Both the position numbers and the translations under genes were made by a program. DNA of 64,000 bases, from the NCBI GenBank assembly GCA_963805945.1, contig CAWDVP010000004.1, forward strand, positions 96,001 through 160,000. The letters run 5' to 3'. Shown here piece after piece: positions 28,708-38,039 of the stretch (position 1 is the first letter of the stretch; every line of letters starts with the position of its first letter). The notes beneath the pieces were generated by a model that saw nothing but the letters and a program-made list of their open reading frames with translations, was not told where the DNA came from and made no database searches. Origin of the DNA: Vulcanimicrobiota bacterium. GTDB taxonomy: Bacteria > Vulcanimicrobiota > Vulcanimicrobiia > Eremiobacterales > Eremiobacteraceae.

Positions 28708-29978
28708 TCAGGCGATCGCCCCAAGCGCCTCGATCGGATCGCCGGCCCTGCCGTCGCCGTCGAAGACGAATGCCTCGAGCTCCTCGCGCGCGGCGACACA
28801 CGCGTCGAGCCAGCCATCCGAGCCGGCGCGGTACGCGCCGATAGCGAAGAGATCTTCTGCACCGGCGAGCGTGGCGAGCGCGTGGCGGACGATCGCCGCG
28901 TCGTGCCGATGCTCGGGTGTGACGATCTCCGGCATCGCGCGGCTCAAGCTGCGCAGCACGTCGATCGCCGGGTAGCGCGCGGCTTCGGCGAAGCGCCGCG
29001 ACAGCGCGATGTGCCCGTCGAGCAGCGCGCGCACCGCGTCGGTGACGGGCTCGAATTCGTCGTCGCCGTCGACCAAGACCGTGTACACCGCGGTGATCGA
29101 GCCCTGCGGACGCGCGCCGGCCCGCTCGACGAGCCGCGCGAGTGCGAGCGGCATCGAGGGCGGATGGCCGCGCTGCGCTGGTGGCTCGCCGGCCGCGAGC
29201 GCCATCTCGCGCCACGCCGCGGCGACGCGGGTGAGCGAATCGATGACGAGCAGCACGCGTCGGCCGCTGCGGCACAGCCATTCCGCTTGTGCGGTCGCGG
29301 TTCGGGCCGCGGTGAAGCGCTCGATCGCGCTCGTTTCGGAGGTCGCGCAATATAAGGAAGTGCTCGGCCAGCACGGCAGCACTTGAAGCCGGTCGCGAGC
29401 CTCTGCGGCCTCGCGGGCGCGCTCACCGACGAGCGCCACGACACGCGCATCGACCGCCGCGTTTCCGACGATGCGCCGCAGCAGCGTCGTTTTGCCGACG
29501 CCTGCGCCGGCGGTGAGCGAGACGCGCTGTCCGTAACCGAGCGTCGCGAACGCGTCGATCGCGGCGACACCGGTGCGCAAGACCCGCGCGATGGGAGCGC
29601 GGGCGCGCAGCGGCAAGCGCGGCGGATCCAGCGGCGCGACGATGCGCGCGCGGCTGCCGCGCGCCCGGCCCCACGCGTCGGCGACTGCGCCGAGCAGCGC
29701 CGTACCGACGTATGCGCCGAGCCTGCCGAGTTCGCTAAGCGCCGGCGCGCCGACCGCGACGCCGGCGACGCCGCCCAACGGCGTGCAGCGCGCGCCGTCG
29801 CCATCCACCGCGCGCACTTCGGCGAGCACGCGACCGCCGTCGCGCGTGGCGATCGTCAGGACATCGCCCGGCGTCAGCGCGGGCGCGCGGACCACCACGA
29901 TGTCGGCGCCCACGCTCGTGACACAACCACGGCTATGAATCCGTCGGCGTGCTCGAAGGTGAGCGGCAAATCACGCAT
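28708..29978 (-). CDS. fliI: FliI/YscN-family export ATPase (probable 1-nt deletion near the start)
   Basis: AGAGVGKTT, GERARE, LLVIDSLTR, GSITAVYTVLVDGDD and LDGHIALSR motifs. ATG 29978 joins the frame if one T is restored. Confidence 0.88.
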
Positions 29979-30545
29979 ACGCGGCGGCGCGCGCGAGCAG
30001 CAGCGCGCGCTCTTCGATCGTCGCACCGAGCGTGCCGGCGTCGGTGGTGACGCTGACGGCACCTCGCGCGAGCGAGGCATCCGCGACGACATCCGCCTCG
30101 CGGCTCGGCCGGAACGCGATCGCATCCTCGGGATGAAGATGGATCGCGGCGCGGCCCACGCGGCCGCACGCCCGTAGCGCTTCATCGACGTAACGCGTCA
30201 GCTCGTCCGCGTCGGCCGCGACGGCTTTGCGCAGCGCGCGGGCGCAGGCGATGGCGGCGAAGCGGATCGCCTCTTCCCGCAGCGCGACGTGAGCCTCTTC
30301 TTCATCGCGTACGCGCCTGCGGTCGTGGCGTACGGCGGTGAGCCTCATCGCCTCCGCCATCACGTTCGACATCAGCCTCGGGCTCGCGCGACTCGACGAT
30401 CTCCGTGACCGGAGCGTTCGCCGCGCGCGCTGTCGGCGATGACGGTGATTTGTTCGAGAACCGGCATGATCTCCGACGGGACATCGGCCTGAGGCGCCCC
30501 GTGCCGCCGCGGGCGCAGCGGCACGAACTCACGCTCGTCGTGCAT
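29971..30545 (-). CDS. fliH: Short FliH/SctL-like protein (N-terminal part frameshifted)
   Basis: IHLHPED..VVADASLARGAVSVTTDAGTLGA C-terminal domain; position before fliI. Confidence 0.65.
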
Positions 30546-31935
30546 CGTGCAGACATGCCTCGACGGAAGCGCGGCGCAGCGGGCCGTAGGATTCCAGCAC
30601 GCGCTCGCGCAGCCCGCGCGGCAGCGACGAGAGCACGTACGCCGCCGTGCGCGGCGATTCGCGATCGAGCGTGTCGCGCAAGCGGCTCACGACGGGATCG
30701 GCGGGCTTGGCTGTGCGATGCGGCCAAAACGTCAGGCACAGCGCGACCATGAGCACCGCCGCGGCGGGCAGCACCGCGCGGGCGAACGGCGCGGGTGGCG
30801 GCACTGCAGGCGCAGCCTTCGCGGCGAACGGCACCGCCTCGACCACCACCTCGTCGCCTGCTTCGAGGTCCGCGCCGGCGGCCGCGCGCACCAACGCGGC
30901 GATCGGCTGCGAACGCTCGGCATCCGTGCGCGCCGCGTCGAGAAAGACCGCCACAGAGATCTTGGCGAGCGCGTCGGCGGCGGTCGAGCGGTGCTCGATG
31001 ATGGTGTCGTACGCATAGTGCCGCGCCGTGCGCTCCTTGGAAAGCCGCCGGCCGTTCTCAAGCCCGTGCTCGCTGCCGGTGTCGGCGTCGAGCAGTCCAT
31101 GCGGCACCACACGTGTGCTCTGCACTGTGCTCTCGGCGCCCTGGCTGCGCACGCTCACGCGCACTACCGCGGCGCCGGCGCCGAGCACCGCGTCGAGCGC
31201 TGTCTGCACGTTCGCCTGGATGCGCGTCTCGCGGCTCGCGGCGCGATCGGGTGCGGCAGCGCCGAGCAACGCGCCCGAGCCGTCCACGATCGCCACGCGA
31301 TCCGGATTGAGTCCCGGATATCCCGCGGCGACGAAACGGCGGATGCCGGCGACGGTCGACGCCGCCAGCTGCACGCCGGGCTGCAGGATGAGCTGCACGC
31401 TCGCGCTCGGCGGCGAACGCTCCGCTTCGTCCGCGAACGCGTCTCCGCTCGCCGGCGCGATGACCACCGACGCATCCGCGACGCCGTCCATGCGCCGCAG
31501 CCCGCTCACCAAGTCTCCCTCGATGCCGGAGCGGCGGCGATCGTCGACGACCTCAGGCGGCGCGAGCGGGTTGTCTTGGGTCTGGAGCACGTCCGCCGTG
31601 GTCGGCACGTAATGATGAGGCAGATCGGCGAGCGCCAAGCGCAGCAGCAGATCGCGCCGGCGATGGGCGTTGACGAAGATCTGCGTGCCTTGGGCGTCGG
31701 CGGAGAACGGCTCGTTCCACAGCGTGAGCGCCTGCGCGACTTCTGCGACTTGCCGCGGGTGCAGCGGCGCGTCGAACAGCGCGACCGGAGCGGCGCCGCG
31801 CACGACCAGCGCGATGACAGTTGCCACGACCACACAGGCGGCGGCAGCGCCAAGCGCCGCGGTCCGGCGTCGCCGTATCCAGAAGACGCAGTCCTCGACG
31901 ACGCGGGGCAGTTTCGCGGGCAGCAGGGCCAGCAC
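30529..31935 (-). CDS. fliF: FliF/YscJ-like M-ring protein with a C-terminal FliG-middle-like segment
   Basis: TM, IEGDL..LRRMDGVADASV, PSASV, NPDRVAIVDGSG, ISVAV, second TM, then ESPRTAAYVLSSLP. Confidence 0.8.
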   Translation of the reverse strand: MLALLPAKLPRVVEDCVFWIRRRRTAALGAAAACVVVATVIALVVRGAAPVALFDAPLHPRQVAEVAQALTLWNEPFSADAQGTQIFVNAHRRRDLLLRLALADLPHHYVPTTADVLQTQDNPLAPPEVVDDRRRSGIEGDLVSGLRRMDGVADASVVIAPASGDAFADEAERSPPSASVQLILQPGVQLAASTVAGIRRFVAAGYPGLNPDRVAIVDGSGALLGAAAPDRAASRETRIQANVQTALDAVLGAGAAVVRVSVRSQGAESTVQSTRVVPHGLLDADTGSEHGLENGRRLSKERTARHYAYDTIIEHRSTAADALAKISVAVFLDAARTDAERSQPIAALVRAAAGADLEAGDEVVVEAVPFAAKAAPAVPPPAPFARAVLPAAAVLMVALCLTFWPHRTAKPADPVVSRLRDTLDRESPRTAAYVLSSLPRGLRERVLESYGPLRRASVEACLHDARRA

Positions 31936-31937
31936 GA

Positions 31938-32225
31938 TTAGAGCTGCGTCTGCAGCAGCGTCGAGACGGCGTTGCTGACGCGCGAGGCGGTGATCGCCGC
32001 GACCTCCAGCATGACGTCCGCCTTGGCGCGGGCGATCGCCGCCTCGGCGACCCCGCCGTGTCCTGCGGCGAGCGCTGCGGCCGCGCCGTCGGCGCCTTCC
32101 AACGAGCGCTGTGCTTGATCCACCAGCGCAGCGAACGACGAACCAGCCGAAGGCCCGGCGGCAGGGGCACCTTCGACGAGCACGGCTGGGCGCAGCGCCG
32201 CGATCGGCTCGATGCCGCCCGTCAC
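31938..32225 (-). CDS. fliE: Hook-basal body protein FliE-like
   Basis: SFAALV..AIARAKADVMLE..VSTLLQTQL; synteny. Confidence 0.75.
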   Translation of the reverse strand: MTGGIEPIAALRPAVLVEGAPAAGPSAGSSFAALVDQAQRSLEGADGAAAALAAGHGGVAEAAIARAKADVMLEVAAITASRVSNAVSTLLQTQL

Positions 32226-32692
32226 GGCTGCTCGATCTCCAGCGCTTGCGTGTCCATGAGTTTGGCGGCTTGGAGCGAAGCGACGTCGGCGTCGTACGCG
32301 CGCCCGGCGGTGATCAGACCGATCATCTGCGAGATCGAATCCACGTCGGAGACCTCGACGTAGCCTTTGTGCGGGCCGGAGACGGCGGCCAGCGGATTGC
32401 CTGGATCGAGGCGGTATTGCGGTTCGTATGGCTGCTCGGTGAGTCCGGCGAAACGCACCGCCGCGGGCGCCGTGTCCGTGTCGTCGAAGGAGATGGCGAA
32501 GTCGTCTGCCGACGCCGCATCGAGCGCGGCGGAGAACGAAGACTCGAACAGCGCGGCCTGTGCACGAAACGGCACACCGTCCGCCTGCGTCACGTTCGCG
32601 TGGGCGAGGTTGTTCGCGATGACGTCCATCTGCACGCGCTGGGCTGCCATGCCGCTCGCCGCGATATCGAACGCGCTCAGCGGCTCGCTCAT
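32222..32692 (-). CDS. flgC: Basal-body rod protein FlgC
   Basis: IAASGMAAQRVQMDVIANNLAHAN, DPGNPLA..GYV and RAYDA motifs. Confidence 0.92.
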   Translation of the reverse strand: MSEPLSAFDIAASGMAAQRVQMDVIANNLAHANVTQADGVPFRAQAALFESSFSAALDAASADDFAISFDDTDTAPAAVRFAGLTEQPYEPQYRLDPGNPLAAVSGPHKGYVEVSDVDSISQMIGLITAGRAYDADVASLQAAKLMDTQALEIEQP

Positions 32693-33003
32693 CGGCGCGA
32701 TTCTTCCGCGACCGTGCGCAGCTCGCGCAGCAGCGCGTGCGCCTGCGTCGCGAGCGCGCGATACCATACCGCGTTCTGGGCGCTCGCGCCCATGGCGTAC
32801 TCGACGGTCGCCGGGGCGGACCCAGATTCCACATCGTGCAACGCAGCGGCGAAGCGCATACCGCCCGCCGTCGCCTGCGCCTCGAGCGTGGCATCGCGCA
32901 TGGTGAACCCCGGCGTGTTGGCATTGGCGACGTCGCTCGCCAGCAGACCGGCGCGGTAGCGCCCGAACGCCATCGCCTGTTCGATGCTCTCGAAGACCGT
33001 CAT
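32689..33003 (-). CDS. flgB: Short basal-body rod protein FlgB-like
   Basis: LASDVANANTPGF and VEYAMGASAQNAVWYRAL motifs. Confidence 0.8.
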   Translation of the reverse strand: MTVFESIEQAMAFGRYRAGLLASDVANANTPGFTMRDATLEAQATAGGMRFAAALHDVESGSAPATVEYAMGASAQNAVWYRALATQAHALLRELRTVAEESRR

Positions 33004-33065
33004 GGCTGCCAGGGTAGCGCCCATACGTGAGCGGGAATTGAACGGCGTGTGAAAAACAGATACAC

Positions 33066-33524
33066 ATGAAGGCTCCGCTCGCCGTCGCCGCGCTCGCCGC
33101 CATCGCACTGGCCGCCATTGCGGCGCCGACACAAGCGCTGGAGCCCCAAGACGGCGATCAGCAGACGCCGGTGCAGGTCACGCTGCCTCAAGGCATGACC
33201 GCTACCACGACCACCGTCATGCCAGGCCCGACGCCCGACACGAAATACCTCGTCATCAACTGGCTGCGTCTGTTCAACCAGAGCAAGCTGCAACCGCTCA
33301 ATATCGATTACAAAGACTTCCGCCTGCGCGCCGAAAACGGCGACTTCTTCGACGTCGACCAGAAAGTGACGAGATCGCTGCTCAATCCCCTGTCCGAGGA
33401 GTCCCTTGGGGTGGGCCAGGAAGCGACCGGCTCCCTCGCGTTCAAGGTGCCTGCGACGATGCGGACGGCGCATTTGGGCTATTACGTCATCCAGTTCGAT
33501 GCGATCTACCCCTCGAACAACTAG
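33066..33524 (+). CDS. Secreted DUF4352-like Ig-fold protein
   Basis: Signal peptide; DFRLRAENG and LGVGQEATGSLAFKVP motifs. Confidence 0.6.
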   Translation: MKAPLAVAALAAIALAAIAAPTQALEPQDGDQQTPVQVTLPQGMTATTTTVMPGPTPDTKYLVINWLRLFNQSKLQPLNIDYKDFRLRAENGDFFDVDQKVTRSLLNPLSEESLGVGQEATGSLAFKVPATMRTAHLGYYVIQFDAIYPSNN

Positions 33525-33568
33525 ACCCGGGTAAGCGGCCGGGGCAGCCGCGCCGATGACTTAATAAG

Positions 33569-35356
33569 ATGGAACACGATCGGCGCGACAATCCTTGGGA
33601 GCGCATCGCCGCGCGCCTCGACGAGGCGCTCGAGGAGGGGCGTAGCCTCGCCGAACGCCCGCAGAGCGCGCCGCGCGCCGCATCCACCGCCAATAAGCTG
33701 CTCGATCTGCTCGCCCGCGCCCGTTCCGAGGTGAACGCGCGCGAACTCGAGGCGAGCGCGGCGTCCGCACGCGCACAACGGCTTCAGAGCGAACTCGATA
33801 TCCAGCGGCGGCGCGCCGACACGCTCGTGCGGATCGGCAAGGCGATCAACGCGGTGCGGCGGCTCGATTCGCTGCTCCAGCTCGTCGTCGATCTTGCCGT
33901 CGAGGCGACCGGCGCCGAGCGCGGGCTCATCGTCGTGCCGGACCCCGCCGGCGGCCGCCAGGAGTTCAGCGCAGGCGCCAACCTCGATCCCGACATCGTC
34001 GCGCGGCCTGAGTTCGCGGTGAGCCGTTCGATCATCGAACGCGTCTTCAGCGAGGGCACGCCGCTCGTCACCACCGACGCGCAGAACGACCCGGACGTCG
34101 ACGCGTCGCCGAGCATCCGCTCGCTGCACATCCGCTCGATCAACTGCGTGCCGATCCAGAGCAAGAGCGGCACCATCGGCGTCATCTATGTGGACTCGCG
34201 CATCCGCACGGACAGCCTGTTCCAGCACGATCCCGAACTGCTCTCGACCATCGCCGACCAGGCGGCGGTCGCGATCGACAACGCGCGCCTGTACGACGAC
34301 TGGAACCGCAGCTTCAACGAACTGTCGACGATCAAGGCGCAGACCGACGAGATCCTCGAGTCGATCGCCTCGGGCGTCATCGTGCTCGATCCGAACGACG
34401 TGATCGCGCAGTTCAACCGCGCGGCAGAGATCACGTTCGGCCTCTCCGCATCGACGCTCGAAGGCCGCCACGCGCGCATCCTCAACTCGTGGCTGCCGGG
34501 CTTCACGACGCTGCTCGAACAGTACAAGAAACGGCCGGAATCGCGCGCCGAGGTCGAGATGCGCGGCACGCACTTCGTGCGCGGCCCGATCGTGCTGCAG
34601 GCGGCGTTCCTGCGCATCCATCCGTTGTCCGGCGCCGGCGTCGGCACGGCCGTCGTGCTCAACGACCTCACCGCGCGGCGCCTGCTCGAAGCGGAGAACC
34701 AAGCGCAGATCGAGCACAGCGAAAAGGTCGCGCGATCGTTCGAGCGCTATCTCGCGCCGCACGTCGTCAGCGGCTTGCTGCTCGATCCGGATAAGGTGCC
34801 GCTCGGCGGCACGCGCCTCACCGCGACGATGCTGTTCGCCGATATCCGCGGCTTCACCGAGCTCTCCGAACGGCTCATGCCTGAAGAAGTCGTCGACATG
34901 CTCAACCGCTACCTCGCGCCGACGGTCGACGTCGTGCTCGCCAACCTCGGCTTGCTCGACAAGTACTATGGCGACGGCATCATGGCGGTCTTCGGCGCAC
35001 CGCGGCCAGCGAACGATGACGCCAACCGCGCGGTGCTCGCCGCGCGCCAGATCCTCGAACAGGTGGAGCTGCTCAACGCGCAGCCGGGCGTGCATTGGCC
35101 GCTGTCGGTGAGCATCGGCCTGGCGACGGGCGACGTCGTCGCGGGCAACATCGGCTCGGAACGGCGGCTCGAGTACACCGTCGTCGGCAGCGCGGTCAAT
35201 CTCGCGCAGCGCTTGCAGTCGATCGCCGAACCGAACCAGATCCTCGCGGACGCGCGCACGTATGAGAAGGTGCGCGGGCAGATCGCGGCGACCCAGCGTC
35301 AGGCGCGCATCAAGGGCCGCGCCGGGCTGACGACCGTCTACGTCTTGCACGGCTAG
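33569..35356 (+). CDS. Class III adenylate cyclase with GAF and PAS domains
   Basis: GAF IRSINCVPI..GVIYVDS; PAS FNRAAE; catalytic LFADIRGFT, DKYYGDG and EYTVVGSAVNLAQRL. Confidence 0.93.
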   Translation: MEHDRRDNPWERIAARLDEALEEGRSLAERPQSAPRAASTANKLLDLLARARSEVNARELEASAASARAQRLQSELDIQRRRADTLVRIGKAINAVRRLDSLLQLVVDLAVEATGAERGLIVVPDPAGGRQEFSAGANLDPDIVARPEFAVSRSIIERVFSEGTPLVTTDAQNDPDVDASPSIRSLHIRSINCVPIQSKSGTIGVIYVDSRIRTDSLFQHDPELLSTIADQAAVAIDNARLYDDWNRSFNELSTIKAQTDEILESIASGVIVLDPNDVIAQFNRAAEITFGLSASTLEGRHARILNSWLPGFTTLLEQYKKRPESRAEVEMRGTHFVRGPIVLQAAFLRIHPLSGAGVGTAVVLNDLTARRLLEAENQAQIEHSEKVARSFERYLAPHVVSGLLLDPDKVPLGGTRLTATMLFADIRGFTELSERLMPEEVVDMLNRYLAPTVDVVLANLGLLDKYYGDGIMAVFGAPRPANDDANRAVLAARQILEQVELLNAQPGVHWPLSVSIGLATGDVVAGNIGSERRLEYTVVGSAVNLAQRLQSIAEPNQILADARTYEKVRGQIAATQRQARIKGRAGLTTVYVLHG

Positions 35357-35364
35357 GAGCGACG

Positions 35365-35856
35365 GTGATCGTCCGCCTGCTCAAAGCGATCGGCTGGTCC
35401 GCCTTGTTCGGCTTCCTGACGGGCGCCGCGACGTATGTGGTCGCCGCGATCGTCAATCAGGTGTACGGCCCCGTCTTCTACATCACCCGAGGGTTCTCCG
35501 AGCATGTCGGGTTCACGCTCATGTATGCGATCGGCGGCTTGATCATCTTCGGCGCCGCGTTCTCGATCTCGTACCTGGTGTGGCTGCGTGCTTGGCCGGC
35601 GCGCGGCGCGATCGCCCGCCTTGCAGGCATCGCGCTCGCGGTGCAGTGCCTCGAACTCGGTATCGTCGAGACGCTTGCCGTCCGCGAGCATAACGCGTTG
35701 AGCTGGCCCGTCGCCGACCAGCTCATGCCGTTCAATTTCGGCCTTTTCGCGCCGGTCGGTATTTGGGAAGGCCGGCCGGACGCGTTCTTCTTCTGGTTCT
35801 CTGCGGCATTCGCGGCGTTCGTCGCGGCCTGGCTATGGAGCCGGCACCGGGGCTAG
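35365..35856 (+). CDS. Hypothetical membrane protein
   Basis: About 4 TM segments; AGGAG SD. Confidence 0.6.
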   Translation: MIVRLLKAIGWSALFGFLTGAATYVVAAIVNQVYGPVFYITRGFSEHVGFTLMYAIGGLIIFGAAFSISYLVWLRAWPARGAIARLAGIALAVQCLELGIVETLAVREHNALSWPVADQLMPFNFGLFAPVGIWEGRPDAFFFWFSAAFAAFVAAWLWSRHRG

Positions 35857-35871
35857 ACCGCCGAAAACCCC

Positions 35872-36138
35872 CTAAGGCTTGCAGCCCTGCGTCTGCCACG
35901 CTTTGAAACGTGCGCACATCTCGGGCGTCCAGCGCGTGCCGGTGCCCGGCGGCGGCATGCTTCCGTCGCTCACCACGTCGTAGATCGAGTCGGCGTGCGC
36001 CACGACTTCGTCAAGGCTGCTGAGGTCGATGCCGTAGCCCTGCATATGGTCGACGTCGATGTCGGTGAACAGCGGCCGTATGTCGCGCGCGAACGATAGG
36101 TCCGGATTGCTGGTGCTCATAGTGGCGGGCTGATTCAT
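35872..36138 (-). CDS. Small conserved-looking hypothetical protein
   Basis: SFARDIRPLF..IDL..GSMPP..W..FKAW pattern. Confidence 0.7.
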   Translation of the reverse strand: MNQPATMSTSNPDLSFARDIRPLFTDIDVDHMQGYGIDLSSLDEVVAHADSIYDVVSDGSMPPPGTGTRWTPEMCARFKAWQTQGCKP

Positions 36139-36185
36139 GCTCCCGTGCGCGCGTCCCTATCGGGCATAACAAAAAAGGCCGGCGT
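36016..36185. repeat. 170-bp direct repeat, copy 1
   Basis: Colinear and highly similar, but not identical, to 36829-36998. Confidence 0.9.
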
Positions 36186-36296
36186 CGTGCTCGCATTCGC
36201 ACGCATCGACACGCTCGCAGCGCTGCTGCTCGTCCCTACTTGATCTGGGTGGGCTTCGCCGCCGTCCTCAACTTCGCGATCTGGCGGCTGAACTAG
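36184..36296 (+). pseudogene. 3' remnant of a TspO/MBR gene
   Basis: Reads VVLAFARIDTLAALLLVP/YLIWVGFAAVLNFAIWRLN* with one frameshift, the typical TspO C-terminus. Confidence 0.7.
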
Positions 36297-36766
36297 CTTC
36301 GGGTCAAGTCGGGCGCTTCGACTCCCAGCGCGGTGGCCAGGTCGATCTGATGGTCTTGTTCGTTGACTAGGATACCGCGGATCTGCTCTGCCATCGCGAA
36401 CTCGCCCAGCTCCTCGCACTGGCGGACCCGCTCGCGGTAATTCCGGATGGTGTCGTTCTCGTTGGCCAGATCGAAACGCAGCATGTCCTTGGGCTTGTCC
36501 GATGTCCGCACCGGCTTGGGCGTCACGGTCGGCATCGCGCCGAGGTAGTCGATCTGCCGCGAGATGATGAGCGCATGATCGAGCTCCTGTTTGGCGTGGA
36601 GCTCGAGCTGCGCGGCGATGTTCATATACTCGGCGCCTTTGAGCACCTGCGAGTACACGACGTACGCGATGATAGCCTGATATTCGCGCGATAGATCTTC
36701 GTTCAGCAGCTCTGCCAAGCGCTTTCTGGTGATGGTGGCGTTGCCTTTTGCGGCCGGTGCTTTCAT
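36293..36766 (-). CDS. Ferritin-like (bacterioferritin-like) protein
   Basis: LNEDLSREYQAIIAY, QELDH and EQDH di-iron ExxH motifs. Confidence 0.88.
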   Translation of the reverse strand: MKAPAAKGNATITRKRLAELLNEDLSREYQAIIAYVVYSQVLKGAEYMNIAAQLELHAKQELDHALIISRQIDYLGAMPTVTPKPVRTSDKPKDMLRFDLANENDTIRNYRERVRQCEELGEFAMAEQIRGILVNEQDHQIDLATALGVEAPDLTRS

Positions 36767-36816
36767 GTACAGCTCCTCGCTAGCACGTGATGCGGACCCA
36801 CGGGTTCGAATACGCC

Positions 36817-36951
36817 TTATCCGCTCGCGCTGCTGAGATCGATGCCGTAGGTCTGCATATGATCGACGTCGGTCTCGGTGAACATCGGCCGTATACCGCG
36901 CGCGAACGATAGGTCCGGATTGCTGGTGCTCATAGTGGCGGGCTGATTCAT
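36817..36951 (-). pseudogene. Truncated duplicate of the 35872-36138 gene
   Basis: MSTSNPDLSFARGIRPMFTETDVDHMQTYGIDLSS, then an early stop. Confidence 0.8.
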
Positions 36952-36998
36952 GCTCCCGTGCGCGCGTCCCTATCAGCCATAAGAAAAAAGGCCGGCGT
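36829..36998. repeat. 170-bp direct repeat, copy 2
   Basis: Matches 36016-36185. Confidence 0.9.
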
Positions 36999-37007
36999 TG
37001 CGGCCTG
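36981..37007 (-). terminator. Intrinsic terminator of rplM-rpsI
   Basis: Minus strand reads AGGCCG-caacgc-CGGCCT-TTTTT. Confidence 0.75.
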
Positions 37008-37024
37008 CCTTTCGTCTTGTCATC

Positions 37025-37053
37025 GAGGGCCGATCTAAAGATCGGCTCCTACA
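37025..37053 (-). repeat. REP-like palindrome (GTAG type)
   Basis: Minus strand reads tgtagGAGCCGATC-ttta-GATCGGCCC. Confidence 0.8.
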
Positions 37054-37055
37054 GC

Positions 37056-37466
37056 TTAGCGCTTGCTGAACTGGAAGCGCTTGCGGGCGCGCTTGCGGCC
37101 GTACTTCTTCGATTCTTTCTCGCGCGGATCGCGGGTGAGCAACCCGGCTTTGCGCAGCACGGGGCGCAACGACTCGTCCGCGGCGACGAGCGCGCGCGCG
37201 ATGCCGTGGCGCACGGCGCCGGCTTGACCAGCCAGCCCGCCGCCGAAGGCGTTCGCGAGGACGTTGAAGCGGCCGACGCTGTTGGTGGCCTCGAACGGCT
37301 GGCGCACGATCTGCATGAGCGTCGCGCGGCCGAAGTATGCCTCGGCAGGTTTCTCGTTGATGGTGATCTCGCCGGTGCCGGCGATGAGCCGGATGCGGAC
37401 GACGGCGCGCTTGCGCCGGCCGGTGCCGGAGGGTATCGCGGGAGAAGTCGTTGCGGTCTCGGTCAT
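37056..37466 (-). CDS. rpsI: 30S ribosomal protein S9
   Basis: [22 protein letters not shown] and QFSKR motifs. Confidence 0.97.
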   Translation of the reverse strand: MTETATTSPAIPSGTGRRKRAVVRIRLIAGTGEITINEKPAEAYFGRATLMQIVRQPFEATNSVGRFNVLANAFGGGLAGQAGAVRHGIARALVAADESLRPVLRKAGLLTRDPREKESKKYGRKRARKRFQFSKR

Positions 37467-37897
37467 CAATTCACTTTCAGGGGCTGCGGCTTGTGCGCAT
37501 CGTGCGTATGCTCTGCGCCGGCGAACACGCGCAGCCGCTTCATGCGCAGCGCGCGAAGTTTGTTGGTCGGCAGCATGCCCTTCACCGAGTGCTCGATGAG
37601 CCGTTCCGGATGCTTCGCCTTGATCTCGCCCGCGGTCTCGGTGAGCAGGCCGCCCGGATACTGGGTGTGGCGGTGGTAGAGCTTGTCGGTCCACTTCTTG
37701 CCGGTGAGATGGACGTGCTCGGCGTTGATCACGACGACGAAGTCGCCGCAATCCGCGTGCGGGGTGAAATCCGGCTTATGCTTGCCGATGAGCACGGCGG
37801 CGACGCGCGTCGAGAGACGGCCCAGCGTCTCGCCTTTGGCGTCGACGATGAACCACTGCCGTTTGATGGAATCTTTGGCTAGGAGCGGGGTGCGCAA
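37466..37897 (-). CDS. rplM: 50S ribosomal protein L13
   Basis: [24 protein letters not shown] and VKGMLP motifs; TTG start with AGGA. Confidence 0.96.
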   Translation of the reverse strand: MRTPLLAKDSIKRQWFIVDAKGETLGRLSTRVAAVLIGKHKPDFTPHADCGDFVVVINAEHVHLTGKKWTDKLYHRHTQYPGGLLTETAGEIKAKHPERLIEHSVKGMLPTNKLRALRMKRLRVFAGAEHTHDAHKPQPLKVN

Positions 37898-37950
37898 TTT
37901 CGATGTCCTGTCAGAAAGAAACCCTACCCCGGCGGGGAGGGACAAGGGTA

Positions 37951-37980
37951 ATAATACGCGAGCGCGCCGTGCGGCGTCAA
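37951..37980 (-). promoter_or_regulatory. sigma70-type promoter of rplM-rpsI
   Basis: TTGACG-18 bp-TATTAT. Confidence 0.6.
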
Positions 37981-38039
37981 GTTTCGATACGGTTTTCCCC
38001 GTCTGTCCCTCATGGCGGGTTCAGACGCCGTCAGAATCA

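Noticed and set aside
29960..29980. FliH-FliI fusion by UGA readthrough (same frame, single TGA)
   Set aside because: An overlapping ATG plus one missing T in a T-run explains it more simply.
33521..35350. Long antisense and alternative-frame ORFs (this one, 41509-43245, 59510-60964 and many others)
   Set aside because: These are shadow ORFs expected at high GC; they are Arg/Ala-rich, lack motifs and overlap well-supported genes.
36293..36766. Encapsulin cargo ferritin system
   Set aside because: No encapsulin shell gene nearby and no clear targeting peptide.
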